A stretch of 64,000 nucleotides of DNA from Obrimoposthia wandeli (GCA_977020255.1 CDROCS010004085.1:1-64000), one strand, 5' to 3'; counted from the stretch's first letter, positions 9,693-19,812 are shown. A program made the numbers and translations. Notes: generated by a model not told the origin, from the sequence alone.

Positions 9693-11428
9693 CAGCGGTA
9701 ATAAGAAAACTGGCGGCGGGTGATCTCTCCGTCGATATTCCGCGGGGGGAAAGTGACGAGATAGGCCACCTTGCGGATGCAATATCGGTATTTAAGAAAA
9801 ATGCTTTAGCCTTGCGAGAGCACCAGAATGAACTACAAAAACTGGTAGATGAACGTACGACGCAGCTTACAGAGGCCAATAACGCACTAAACAGTGAAGT
9901 CGCCAAGCATGCAAAAGCACGAGAACAAGCGGAACAGGCCAACAAAGCCAAATCGTCTTTCCTTACCCACATGAGCCACGAGATCCGCACCCCCATGAAC
10001 GGGATAATGGGGACGCTACACCTCCTTGATGATACAACCTTAGACAACGCACAAAAACACTACACTAAAACCATTATTTCATCAGGCGAAATTCTGATGG
10101 GGGTACTCAATAATGTCCTGGATTATTCTAAAATCGAAGCCGGGTGTTTCGATATTAATGAAACAAATTTCCGCACCGATTTGATTGTGGGCAATGTTGT
10201 CAACATGCTTAAAGCCAGAGCCAAAGAAAAGAACATCAAACTAACCTATGCAGTCGCAAGCGATGTTCCAATTTGTTTGTATGGTGACGCCAACAAAATC
10301 ATCCAGATCCTCATTAACTTAGTCGGTAATGCCATTAAATTTACCAATATGGGAAGCGTCACAATCCGGGTGTTGGTCAAGGAGCAACTGGCGGAAGAAC
10401 GATTTTTGCTCACGTTTGAGGTGCTAGACACTGGTAAAGGTATTAATGAAGAAAAACAGTCGGCTATCTTTGAGCCTTTTGAGCAGGCGACTCAATCAGA
10501 ACGTGGTACCGGATTAGGTTTGCCTATCAGTAAGCGGTTCGCCGAGATGCTTGGCGGGGAGTTAACTGTGTACAGTGAGCCGGATATCGGTAGCCGGTTT
10601 ATTCTCATACTGCCGTTGAGTGCAGCCGAGGAGTGCGATCCAATTTCCACAGACGAGCCTGTTTCCCTTACTGTCCCGCCATTGAATATTTTGCTGGTAG
10701 AAGATAATGAAACGAATGTGCTGGTCGCTAAAGGATTCCTAGACAAGCTTGGTCACAAGGTTGTTGTAGCCATGACAGGAGAAATGGCACAACGTGCGAT
10801 AGAGGATCATCATGTCGACATCATCTTAATGGATATTAATCTACCGGATACTGACGGTGTGACGCTGACGGGTAGATTGAGAGAGAAAGCAAATCGCTAT
10901 ATACCCACTATTGCCTTCTCTGCCCATGTTTTCCGACAAGACATTGAATCATACCTTGAGGCCGGCCTCGATGGTTTCTTAGGTAAACCGGTACAGTTTA
11001 AGCAGATGCAGACTGTTATCGCTAATGTCTATAACGGCCAATCCAGCAAGTTCGATGCAGTTAGGGATATAGATCGGGACGTGGGCAAGGAACCTGCCGT
11101 CACTCTTTTTGACTACTCGGTGCTGGAGAACGATCGGCAGATCCTCGGAGATGGACTAGTGCAGGATATGGTAGAAATGTTTTACGTACGTTCGGCGACT
11201 CTGACCCATGAAATAAAAATCCAGAGCTCAGCAAAATCTCTTGAGTTGCTAGTTCACAGCCTTAAAAGCTCTGCCGGAGCCATTGGCCTAATTGCCCTGA
11301 GTAAAGCCTGTGAGGAACTGGAAATAGCTTGTAAGCAAGGGGCAGATGAGCTGGCGTTAACGAAATTGTCAGCGGCCTTACTTGCTATCTATGCCCCTTC
11401 TATCGACAGACTGAAAGAAGAATTTTAA
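8321..11428 (+). CDS. Chimeric hybrid sensor kinase: MCP-derived Cache sensor and HAMP + TorS-like HAMP-HisKA-HATPase-REC-HPt
   Basis: GTG 8321 aligns with the ATG of the MCP at 12567, and the N-terminal ~460 aa align with that MCP. These are followed by [10 protein letters not shown] (H-box), [22 protein letters not shown], a receiver ([16 protein letters not shown]) and an HPt ([13 protein letters not shown]). Confidence 0.92.
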   Translation: MNITIRAKLSFIMCASLLTMSGFFITSLMNTEQSVLATEQSNVSVKVAKLLNDNLKGQVDTVTRSLSYYYENSKLENIKAELATDITTFRNAIDNIYNNSDSAADAETSIHAFINEYRWDNGRYIFAYDAASIVNKANGANVSIIGTSAYDKKDTNGNYYARNIVSATKANAIGFTSYHFLNPETQKVEEKLTASFYFEPLNMVVATGEYISTLRRDELEAALNTISSSKYGQNGYFWVQDKSGKILAHPKADIIGTVIPSTTFRIADRIKGQSEAFVKIAYENPTTKQTENKIAYARNIFPEWGWTIATGTYESDITSIQDGLTRATAEIFNDKVYMNIATAAVLLIIALLVATWSINKIVRGLVILKERIDTLSTGEADLTSRIDITSHDELGDIGKSVNNFIIYLQSMTLEISQASAHITDGIKHASETTANTQKASDQALLLKYDVAEAPGSMTAVIRKLAAGDLSVDIPRGESDEIGHLADAISVFKKNALALREHQNELQKLVDERTTQLTEANNALNSEVAKHAKAREQAEQANKAKSSFLTHMSHEIRTPMNGIMGTLHLLDDTTLDNAQKHYTKTIISSGEILMGVLNNVLDYSKIEAGCFDINETNFRTDLIVGNVVNMLKARAKEKNIKLTYAVASDVPICLYGDANKIIQILINLVGNAIKFTNMGSVTIRVLVKEQLAEERFLLTFEVLDTGKGINEEKQSAIFEPFEQATQSERGTGLGLPISKRFAEMLGGELTVYSEPDIGSRFILILPLSAAEECDPISTDEPVSLTVPPLNILLVEDNETNVLVAKGFLDKLGHKVVVAMTGEMAQRAIEDHHVDIILMDINLPDTDGVTLTGRLREKANRYIPTIAFSAHVFRQDIESYLEAGLDGFLGKPVQFKQMQTVIANVYNGQSSKFDAVRDIDRDVGKEPAVTLFDYSVLENDRQILGDGLVQDMVEMFYVRSATLTHEIKIQSSAKSLELLVHSLKSSAGAIGLIALSKACEELEIACKQGADELALTKLSAALLAIYAPSIDRLKEEF

Positions 11429-11432
11429 GGAA

Positions 11433-11473
11433 AAAACAAGGGTGAATGCTGTTTAATGGCATGCCCTTGTTTT
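11433..11473 (+). terminator. Probable terminator hairpin after the hybrid kinase
   Basis: AAAACAAGGGT ... GCCCTTGTTTT stem. Confidence 0.55.
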
Positions 11474-11799
11474 ATTACCTCTTTTTTGCATACTGCACTT
11501 ACCGTTAACTTGTCCTGATTTTTTCCTTATTATCAACACACCTCTCAGAATTAAACATCACTTACGCCTCGATAAAACGAACTGATTTATATCTAACCTG
11601 CTGATACTTAATAAATAAGACCTGCGCGCAATATCGATGAGGGCAATCTGTTCATATTTTTACGCATTTCTTTAATACTTGTTCTCAAAAAAAATGCATG
11701 ATTTGAACATCAACTGATTGCACGTAAGTTGTTGCATAAGTTGAAAGGAACTTCTGAGACAAGAAGTACTTCTGTTGTATTTTTCGAAGGATAGAAGAT

Positions 11800-12381
11800 A
11801 TGTCACTACCAAATGTAATTCTAACTGTGCTGAGCAATCGCGACGCAACCGGTTACGATATCACCAAAGAATTCTCGCGCAGCATCGGTTATTTCTGGAA
11901 AGCGAGCCACCAACAGGTGTATCGCGAATTGAATAAAATGGCCGACAACAACTTGGCGACCTCCCGACTTGAACCGCAAAATGGCAAACCGGATCGTAAG
12001 GTCTACTCCATTACCGAGCTCGGACGACAGGCTCTGTTTGAATGGTTCCAGGAACCTGCTCGCAATCCAAAGATCCGCGATGAGTTTTTGGCCAAACTAC
12101 TGGTTTGTGGTGTTCATAATTCAGAACCATTGCAAGAACAGCTTGAGGCACTCATTCAAGAGTCTCATTCGCTAATGAACAACTATGATGAACTGGAAAA
12201 AATCCACTTCGCGAATTACAAAGAGATGGATCGCCAGTTTCGTCTTGACCGCCTGACCCTGCGCCGCGGCATGCATAACCGCCAGGCGTGGATTAACTGG
12301 GCAGAAGAAGTCCTCATTGAGCTTAAAGCAATCGAGAGTTCGAAAAGCAGCTGCGCGGGAGAAGTCCGTCTTTGTGGATAG
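11800..12381 (+). CDS. aphA: AphA-like PadR family regulator
   Basis: MSLPNVILTVLSNRDATGYDITKEFSRSIGYFWKASHQQVYRELNKM is nearly the canonical Vibrio AphA N-terminus, and KPDRKVYSIT, RDEFLAKL and RLTLRR follow. It has an extra ~15-aa C-terminal tail and may be a paralog. Confidence 0.88.
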   Translation: MSLPNVILTVLSNRDATGYDITKEFSRSIGYFWKASHQQVYRELNKMADNNLATSRLEPQNGKPDRKVYSITELGRQALFEWFQEPARNPKIRDEFLAKLLVCGVHNSEPLQEQLEALIQESHSLMNNYDELEKIHFANYKEMDRQFRLDRLTLRRGMHNRQAWINWAEEVLIELKAIESSKSSCAGEVRLCG

Positions 12382-12566
12382 ATTGCCTGAAGTGGATGTG
12401 TTTGGTTGCTTCTTATAGCACGAGAGTTTAAAAGGTTGTTGATAATATATTGAATAATAAAAATGTAGTTCGACAACCGTCATGAATATATTTTCATTTG
12501 CGACGTAACTTAAATATAACAATAATATTTTTCAAATGTTGTGTGTAGAACAAAAGGTTTAGCCCC

Positions 12567-14642
12567 ATGAATTTAACAATAAAAGCCAAGCTGGCCGCAT
12601 TGCTATGCGTACCATTGCTTACCATGAGTGGTTTTTTTATTACAAGTCTTATAAATACGGAAAATTCTGTTCTTGAGGCGGAAAGTAGCAATGTCAGTGT
12701 GAAGGTCGCTAAGTTATTGAATGATAACTTAAAGGGGCAGGTTGATACTGTTACCCGCTCCATTTCTTATTATTATGAGAATTCGAAGCAAGAAAATATC
12801 AAGGCAGAGTTGGCGACTGATATCGCGACGTTTAGAGACACAATTGAAAGTATTTATAACAACAGTGCTTCCGCTGTCGATGCAGAAACCAGTATTAACG
12901 CTTTTATTAACCAATATCGGTGGGGCGGTGGCCGTTATATCTTTGCGTATGATGCCGCAACAGTTATTAACAAGGCTAACGGTGCCAACGAAAGTATTAT
13001 CGGCACCAGTGCTTATGATAAAAAAGACACCAATGGCAAATATTATGCGCGAAATATTGTCAGTGCAGCTAAAGCCAATGGAATTGGGTTTACCAGTTAT
13101 TATTTCTTAAACCCGGTCAGCAATAAAGTCGAAGAAAAATTGACAGCATCGGTTTACTTCGAACCGTTGAACCTGGTTATTGCGACGGGTGAGTACATTA
13201 GTACCCTAAGGCAAGATGAACTTGAGGCGGCCATTAAGACCATCAGTTCATCTAAATACGGCCAAAATGGCTACTTTTGGGTACAAGATAAGAACGGCAA
13301 GATCCTGGCTCACCCAAAGGAAGAAGTTATCGGTACTGTCATTCCGGCAACAACATTAAAAATTGCCAACAGCATCAAAAGCCAATCCGAAGCTTTTGTT
13401 AAAATCGCTTTCGAAAACCCGGCCACCAAACAGACAGAAAACAAATTTGTCTATGCTCGAAATATTTTCCCGGAGTGGGGCTGGACCATTGCGACTGGCA
13501 CTTATGAAAGCGACGTCACGAATATTCAAGATGAGCTGACTAACGCTACGGCAGAAATTTTTGAAGACAAAGTGAATATGAGCATTGCAATTGCCGCTGC
13601 ACTGCTGGTGATTTCTCTGCTGGTCGCGGCTTGGTCGATCAATAAGATTGTTAAAGGCTTAGTAATGCTCAAAGAGCGCATTGACACCTTATCGACCGGC
13701 GAAGCCGATTTAACCTCGCGGATTGATATTACGTCACATGATGAGTTGGGTGATATTGGCAATTCGGTAAACAACTTCATTATTTATCTGCAATCCATGA
13801 TCCTGGAAATTTCACAAGCCTCTGCTCATATTACTGATGGTATCAAGCAGCTTGATGTGCAGTCAGAGCAAAATAATCAGGCGTTAATCCAGCACGCATC
13901 AGAGACGGATCAAGTCGTCGCGGCTATTACTGAAATGAGCGCAACGGCTGAAACCGTCGCACAGAATGCTACCGAGACAGCCGCTAACACCCAAAAAGCC
14001 AATGATGATGCGCTGTTGGCAAAAGACGATGTGCTTGAGGCGTCTGGCAGTATGATTGTTCTGGTGGATGAAGTGGGTACGGCATCAGCGAGCATTAATA
14101 CCATGAACGAGAATACTCAGCAGATTGTCAGTGTGCTAGGTGTGATTGGTGAAATTGCCGATCAGACTAACTTGCTGGCGCTCAATGCCGCTATCGAAGC
14201 AGCACGCGCCGGAGAGCAAGGACGAGGCTTCGCCGTGGTTGCCGATGAAGTACGATCGCTTGCTGCGCGTACCCAGTCTAGCACCGCAGAAATCAATGAG
14301 ATCTTAACGACATTACGTCAGGATGCCTCTAGTGCGGTTGCCGCAATGGAAGTGACGAAAACAAGCTGCGAACGTACAGCTGAAAATGCTGAGCGGGTAT
14401 CAAACAGTCTGGATGCGGTGACCGGATCCATTGTCGAAATCAATGATCTCAGCACCCAAATTGCAACCGCTTCTGAGGAGCAAAGTTCGGTAACCGAAGA
14501 AGTAAGCCGTAATATGAATAACATCCGCGAGATGGTTCAGGAATTGACCCAAAACGGACAAGCTACGGTAGACAGTACTCAAAGCTTGGCAGCTGCCAAC
14601 ACCCAACTGAACACTCTGGTCAGTAAGTTTAAATTGCAATAG
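12567..14642 (+). CDS. Methyl-accepting chemotaxis protein with tandem Cache domains
   Basis: TM1, periplasmic Cache motifs ([29 protein letters not shown]), TM2, HAMP and the MA hairpin [34 protein letters not shown]. Confidence 0.96.
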   Translation: MNLTIKAKLAALLCVPLLTMSGFFITSLINTENSVLEAESSNVSVKVAKLLNDNLKGQVDTVTRSISYYYENSKQENIKAELATDIATFRDTIESIYNNSASAVDAETSINAFINQYRWGGGRYIFAYDAATVINKANGANESIIGTSAYDKKDTNGKYYARNIVSAAKANGIGFTSYYFLNPVSNKVEEKLTASVYFEPLNLVIATGEYISTLRQDELEAAIKTISSSKYGQNGYFWVQDKNGKILAHPKEEVIGTVIPATTLKIANSIKSQSEAFVKIAFENPATKQTENKFVYARNIFPEWGWTIATGTYESDVTNIQDELTNATAEIFEDKVNMSIAIAAALLVISLLVAAWSINKIVKGLVMLKERIDTLSTGEADLTSRIDITSHDELGDIGNSVNNFIIYLQSMILEISQASAHITDGIKQLDVQSEQNNQALIQHASETDQVVAAITEMSATAETVAQNATETAANTQKANDDALLAKDDVLEASGSMIVLVDEVGTASASINTMNENTQQIVSVLGVIGEIADQTNLLALNAAIEAARAGEQGRGFAVVADEVRSLAARTQSSTAEINEILTTLRQDASSAVAAMEVTKTSCERTAENAERVSNSLDAVTGSIVEINDLSTQIATASEEQSSVTEEVSRNMNNIREMVQELTQNGQATVDSTQSLAAANTQLNTLVSKFKLQ

Positions 14643-14692
14643 GCTTTTCAAACACAGTAATAAAGACAATTTAGCTTAAACAATCCGCTTAT

Positions 14693-14722
14693 AAAGGCTT
14701 CTAAATCTAGAAGCCTTTTTTT
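14693..14722 (+). terminator. Rho-independent terminator after the MCP
   Basis: AAAGGCTTCT-AAATCT-AGAAGCCTTT followed by a T run. Confidence 0.8.
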
Positions 14723-14806
14723 ATGCCGCCATTTTAAATTATTGTTATCAAACAAGAATAATTAACAAGAATATCAATTAATAGGGTAATCCACTGCAGA
14801 GCGGCA

Positions 14807-14998
14807 TTATTGTGCAAGCGACCAGGCAGTGACGGGTTGCCAATCAGTATCGCTGTCAGCAATCAAATCGCAATAGTGCTCGCCATCATCCATCAAGCGC
14901 AGCGTTTTACTTCCCGATGCCGGCCAGCTTAACGTTGTTTGCAGTTCAACACTTTTGGTATCCAGGCTCAGTGTTTCGTTGGTATTGAGCCTGATCAC
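14807..14998 (-). other. Short GC-richer ORF or gene fragment of unknown function
   Basis: 63-codon GTG-start ORF in otherwise AT-rich intergenic DNA, with no recognisable motif. It could be the 3' remnant of a deleted gene. Confidence 0.25.
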
Positions 14999-15075
14999 GC
15001 CTCATCACTCTGGTTTGCAACAAAACACGTATTTCTTCGATAAGTTATTAGAAGGGATTAAATTGAAAAACACAA

Positions 15076-15110
15076 TATACTTCACAGTATAAATTATACT
15101 AAGTAGTATT
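15076..15110. promoter_or_regulatory. Tandem palindromic operator TATACT-N4-AGTAT(A/T) x2
   Basis: TATACTtcacAGTATA (15076-15091) and TATACTaagtAGTATT (15095-15110) lie immediately upstream of the dauB-like gene. Confidence 0.55.
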
Positions 15111-15147
15111 CTTGTTGTTGTGTTAATCAATCAGATGTGTGAAAAAG

Positions 15148-16122
15148 ATGCTTATGGACCACTTCAATCATAGCCACGCTCCTTTCATTTTAGATGACAA
15201 AGCGGTGAGTGAATTATTACCTAAACTAGATGTTCAATCGCTCATGAAAGAGCTGTTTATCGCGATCGCAAATCAAAAGGCGGTTCAGCCAAATCAAACA
15301 CTCACCCCTTTTCCTGATGATAAAGGGGACTACATTACTTACCTGGGTGCGCTAGCCGATGAAGGCGTATTTGGTGCTAAACTTTCACCGTATATAGTGA
15401 CGGAAACCACGCCGATTATTACTGCATGGACGAATTTGATGTCGATGAAGACTGGGCAGCCACTAATGTGGTGTGATTCTGGACAACTGACGGTAGAAAG
15501 AACGGCAGGAACAACGGCCCTTGCGATTGATTGCCTTGCACCTCAACAAAGCCAACAATTGGCTATGGTCGGGGCTGGAAATGTTGCATTAGCTCATCTT
15601 CGTCATGTGTTAGGTCTGCGTAATTGGAAAACCATTTCTGTTTTCGCGCCAGAACTAAGTGACGATCTAGAACGCCAAGCGATTGTTCGTGCCATGGACC
15701 CAAGAATCGAAATATCAACTTCCGTCATGGATGCGATAAACCAAGCGGATGTCATCATGCTTTGCACCTCTTCAGCGACCCCAGTGATTGCTAAAGCGCA
15801 TGTAAAGGCATCGGCACTGATCACTTCTATCAGTACCAATGCAGTGAACGCTCATGAAATTCCACCAGAAATGCTTAACGATATCGACGTTTATTGTGAT
15901 TATAAAGAAACGACACCGAGCAGTGCGGGAGAAATGTGTTTAGCGGTTAAGTTACACGATTGGGATACCAATAACATAGTCGGAGACCTTGCAGATCTTG
16001 TTTCCGGAAAGTGTGATATGCCTAATTATAAAAGACCTGTTTTCTTCCGTTCAATTGGATTGGGGTTGGAAGATGTTGCGATCGCTTATGGCATTTGGCA
16101 ACAAGCTCTTAAAGGTGAATAA
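15148..16122 (+). CDS. dauB: Ornithine cyclodeaminase/mu-crystallin family, DauB-like NAD(P)H-dependent amino acid dehydrogenase
   Basis: Matches recalled Pseudomonas DauB segments: KLSPYIV..TAWT.LMSM.TGQPL..CD, MLCTSS, TSISTNA..AHE.P, VYCDY..TTP.SAGEM and FFRSIGLGLEDVA. Start could be 15139, 15148 or 15154. Confidence 0.85.
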   Translation: MLMDHFNHSHAPFILDDKAVSELLPKLDVQSLMKELFIAIANQKAVQPNQTLTPFPDDKGDYITYLGALADEGVFGAKLSPYIVTETTPIITAWTNLMSMKTGQPLMWCDSGQLTVERTAGTTALAIDCLAPQQSQQLAMVGAGNVALAHLRHVLGLRNWKTISVFAPELSDDLERQAIVRAMDPRIEISTSVMDAINQADVIMLCTSSATPVIAKAHVKASALITSISTNAVNAHEIPPEMLNDIDVYCDYKETTPSSAGEMCLAVKLHDWDTNNIVGDLADLVSGKCDMPNYKRPVFFRSIGLGLEDVAIAYGIWQQALKGE

Positions 16123-16169
16123 CCTAAAACTCCTGCTACTTTTAGACCATGATTAATAAAGGATATACT

Positions 16170-17294
16170 ATGAAAATCAAAGAGTTTGGTGTCGAAATTT
16201 GGATGAACGAATACGAAAATAGCTGTGTCTATAATTTAGCAGAAACGTGTGTGGAGTCATTGACGGTCGAGCAGCTACTCGATATGGCGGGTAAAAGAGA
16301 TTGCATCATCGACGAACTGTTACCCATGAAGCTGACATATGGTGCGATTGAAGGCTCTGATCGACTGCGTGATAATGTGACCGCGCTTTATCATAACCAG
16401 AAGCGCAGCAATATATTGATCACCCATGGTGCGATTGGAGCGAATGCACTGATTCATGAAACCTTAATTGAACCGGGTGATCGCGTCGTATCTGTGCTTC
16501 CTACCTATCAGCAGCATTATTCGATCCCTGAAAGCTATGGCGCAGACGTACAGGTGCTAAAGCTGAAAGAAGAAAATCAATTTTTACCCGATTTAGAACA
16601 GCTACAAAAACTCACGACGAAAAATACTCGTCTAATTACTATCAATAATCCTAATAACCCTACAGGGGCATTGATGGATGAAAGTTTATTAAAGCGAATT
16701 GTAGACATTGCTCGAGCTTGTGACGCATATATCTTGTGTGATGAGGTGTATCGAGGCACCGATGCGGAAGGTAATGGTTTTACGGCTTCGATAGCCGATC
16801 TATACGAGAAGGGGATCAGCACGGCAAGCATGTCGAAGTCGTTTTCCTTGGCTGGATTAAGACTTGGTTGGATTGCAGCCCCTGAAGAGCTGATTGAAAA
16901 AGTCTGCATCCATCGTGATTACAATACGATAAGTGTTGGCATGTTGAATGATCACTTTGCTTGTATTGCCCTAGAGTGTCGTGACGCCATCTTGCAAAGA
17001 AGTCGCGATATTTGTCAAACCAACCGAGCTGTGTTGGATGCTTGGGTCAAAAATGAACCACTGATTAGCTATGTGAAGCCAACATCGGGAACGATAGCGT
17101 TACTAAAATATGATTTAGACATGTCCTCGCGCGATTTTTGCGTGAAGTTGCTTGAATCAAAAGGGGTGATGTTTACGCCTGGAAGTGTATTAGAAATGGA
17201 AGGGTATGTAAGGGTAGGTTATGCCAACAACCCACAAGTGCTAAAAGAAGGGTTGAAGAAGGTTTCTGAGTTTCTTGCTGAAATATCACACTAA
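16170..17294 (+). CDS. Class I/II PLP-dependent aminotransferase
   Basis: NNPNNPTG, CDEVYRG and SMSKSFSLAGLRLGW (PLP lysine). AAGGA precedes ATG 16170. Confidence 0.93.
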   Translation: MKIKEFGVEIWMNEYENSCVYNLAETCVESLTVEQLLDMAGKRDCIIDELLPMKLTYGAIEGSDRLRDNVTALYHNQKRSNILITHGAIGANALIHETLIEPGDRVVSVLPTYQQHYSIPESYGADVQVLKLKEENQFLPDLEQLQKLTTKNTRLITINNPNNPTGALMDESLLKRIVDIARACDAYILCDEVYRGTDAEGNGFTASIADLYEKGISTASMSKSFSLAGLRLGWIAAPEELIEKVCIHRDYNTISVGMLNDHFACIALECRDAILQRSRDICQTNRAVLDAWVKNEPLISYVKPTSGTIALLKYDLDMSSRDFCVKLLESKGVMFTPGSVLEMEGYVRVGYANNPQVLKEGLKKVSEFLAEISH

Positions 17295-17305
17295 GATATT
17301 TAAAT

Positions 17306-17333
17306 TCATGCCCTTAGTTTGTTGAGGGCATGA
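17306..17333. terminator. Hairpin between convergent genes
   Basis: TCATGCCCT ... AGGGCATGA inverted repeat. Confidence 0.6.
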
Positions 17334-17336
17334 TTA

Positions 17337-17984
17337 CTATTTTTGACGTGCTTTTTTAATCTCACGTAAATAATTGAAGACTGTCGCACGTCCCATACTT
17401 AATACATTAGCAACATAATCCGCCGAACTTTTCCCTTTGAAAGCTCCTTCATCAAACAGTGCCTCAACTAACAGCCGCTTCTCTTGTTGTGACAATGAAG
17501 AGATGGTTTGATGTTTACTTGCAAGCCAAGCATGAATAAAGCTATTTACTTTATCTTGCCAGTCATCATGAAATAATTTTTCAGGTTGTGGGATGAGGTT
17601 TTTGATCGGTAACAATAGGGCTAATGCTTCTTGCGCGGCTTCGACTGGCGCCGTATTCATATTGATACATAACATGCCGATTGGGGTATTTTTTGAATCC
17701 CTCAGTACCACACTCGTTGAGCATATCTTTTTGCCATCCCAATTTAGTTTTTCATAGGGACCAATCACCGTTTCTGCTTGATCGAAATTAACATCTTCTA
17801 ATGAGGACGGGTCACCTATTTTCCGTTTAGAGATATTATTGGCAATATAGACCACACTCTGACTGCCTAGATCGTGAATAATGACTTCAACATAATCTGA
17901 AAACAGTAGGGTAATACCATCGGCAACAGCTGCATATTGCTGCAACAATATGTCTGCATTCTTAACGCTTTTACTTTGTTCCAT
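17337..17984 (-). CDS. YheO-like PAS_6 + HTH regulator (DauR-like)
   Basis: EVIIHDL, NNISKRKIGDPS, IGPYEKLNWDGKKI.S.S.VLRD, LCIN, GAFKGKSSADYVANVLSMGRATVFNYL. Confidence 0.9.
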   Translation of the reverse strand: MEQSKSVKNADILLQQYAAVADGITLLFSDYVEVIIHDLGSQSVVYIANNISKRKIGDPSSLEDVNFDQAETVIGPYEKLNWDGKKICSTSVVLRDSKNTPIGMLCINMNTAPVEAAQEALALLLPIKNLIPQPEKLFHDDWQDKVNSFIHAWLASKHQTISSLSQQEKRLLVEALFDEGAFKGKSSADYVANVLSMGRATVFNYLREIKKARQK

Positions 17985-18249
17985 CGTGATAACACTATTC
18001 AATATTTACTGACAGAATACTACCTAGCTAACTTTGTTTTGTATAGCTTCACTCTTCGATTTTCAGGGCAGTAAACACGTCTAAATTATGATGTTAGCAA
18101 TATAGAAGCAGTCCTGATGATTAGAACGTAAATTGACTGATAAAAATTTTGACGTTGCAGGTTAGTCGACTCGGTAGCTATTGGGTATCCCGAGGTGAGT
18201 AACGCGATTTAAAATAGAACAACCGAGTAACATTTCCTTTGACTGATTT

Positions 18250-18620
18250 TCAAACTCTCTGTTGTGGTTTTTATCCCACGGCCTGTTTGTCCTGGTCGTA
18301 AATCAAAGTAAGAAGCGATCACTACTGGCGATGAATTTGATGGTGAGTCTGTGTACTGCTTGTACCGTTTATGTTGTTCAGGCGCGGAAGGAATAAAAAG
18401 ATTGTTGATGACCCAGCTGCCACCTTGTCGCTGCCCATTAAGAAAAACGTTGATGTAGCCAGAACCCAAGGGGTGCCATATCGATCGTAGAGTTGGTCGG
18501 TTATGACTTTAAATTGTCCCCAGTCGCTATTTCGAATAGTACCGACTTCGAGGTTGAAGGTGACTTGTTCAAATGTGACCGCGGGTGATGACGCTGCCAA
18601 TAAGGTTAAAGGAAACCGAT
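18250..18620 (-). pseudogene. Frameshifted relic of an unidentified, probably secreted protein
   Basis: PLTLLAASSPAVTFEQVTFNLEVGTIRNSDWGQFKVITDQLYDRYGT continues after a frameshift as GSGYINVFLNGQRQGGSWVINNLFIPSAPEQ...VIASYFDL. No start codon or RBS is present. Confidence 0.5.
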
Positions 18621-18637
18621 CGATAGGGGAGCATGTT

Positions 18638-18925
18638 GGTATTGCGAATGCTTTACAAACAGTTATGTTGGCAGATGTCGTTGATTATGTTGAGTATAAA
18701 ACAGGTCGTCGTAGTGAGAGTGTTATCTTCTCAGTACAAACCATGTTAGTTAAATTCGCGGGTGCCGCTGGTGGATTCATCGTGGGTATTGGTCTTTCAG
18801 TGGTGGGCTATGTACCCAACGTTGAGCAGTCGGAAAGCACAATCTGGGTTTAGAAGTTATGATGGTTGGTATACCAGCTGTGCTGATGAAATCGTAAAAT
18901 TAAGCGACTTGGTAAGTAGGTAAAC
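18638..18925 (+). pseudogene. melB: 3' relic of a MelB/GPH family sugar:cation symporter
   Basis: GIANALQTVMLADVVDYVEYKTGRRSESVIFSVQTMLVKFAGAAGGFIVGIGLSVVGYVPN is MelB C-terminal-like. After a frameshift it continues GLEVMMVGIPAVLM. The 5' three-quarters is missing. Confidence 0.85.
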
Positions 18926-18928
18926 GTT

Positions 18929-18963
18929 AAGGATGGTCATTAATATGAACCATCCTTTTTTTC
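18929..18963 (+). terminator. Terminator left over from the melB relic
   Basis: AAGGATGGT...ACCATCCTT followed by a T run. Confidence 0.7.
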
Positions 18964-19264
18964 CATTTTAAGCTATGCACCGTTTTGACTTAGCAAACGA
19001 ATTTTTCTAGCATTCAAGCGTTAAGCTCTGCAATAAATCTCTCTGCTTTTTGCAAGCGGAAGTATTCTTATATGAGATAACATATATGCACAGTTATTTT
19101 AAATCGGTGAGAACATGCTTATCACATAGGTTAGAACTGAAGTCTATGTTGATATTTGCATTCATGCAGTAAAGATAACGAGGAGATAACTATTAAATAG
19201 GTTTATTTTTTATAATCGTTATTCTGAATATTTAATTAATAATTATGCCAATTATCTAATGGTA

Positions 19265-19474
19265 TTAGAAAGAAATAGAAAAGTTACCAATCAGCTGATT
19301 GTTGCTATTAGTGATATTTCCTTCACATGTTTCTTCACAATATGAAAGTTTAAGATTAATATCATCCACATTGCCTTTCATTAAAATGTGGCGCAATAAA
19401 ACATCACCATTTAACTGATGGATTAATGCTTTCCAAGAAATTTCACCGTTTAGAATATTAAAGTTTACTATCAT
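19265..19474 (-). CDS. Small hypothetical protein (69 aa) downstream of cspA
   Basis: GAGG RBS upstream, co-oriented with cspA, no recognised motif. Confidence 0.6.
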   Translation of the reverse strand: MIVNFNILNGEISWKALIHQLNGDVLLRHILMKGNVDDINLKLSYCEETCEGNITNSNNQLIGNFSISF

Positions 19475-19812
19475 TTCTTTACCTCTGTTTTTGTTGTGTT
19501 ATTTTCTTCACGAGATTGTTGGTACCAAAATCGTTTGCGACCGATTGAACGAGACATAAGCATCCTTAGCTTTATTATCAGCATGGCAAATCACAATAAG
19601 TACAAACTTAGATATGATCTTAGCCATTGATATTTAATGTTAATAATTTTATTTATTATAATATAACGAAGTGAATAAGAAACGTAACGACACATACAAG
19701 AAGCAGATGTTTGAAATGTTAATATTTTCGAAGATATGATATAAACTATTGATTAATAATGGTTAAAAAGTGACGTAAATGGTAATGAAACCATTTACGT
19801 CGACGTTCGAAA

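Noticed and set aside
11712-11730. AACTGA-N7-TAAGTT as a HapR/LitR-type site upstream of aphA, and possible Qrr pairing
   Set aside because: Spacing and symmetry do not fit the recalled consensus well, and sRNA pairing cannot be tested by eye.
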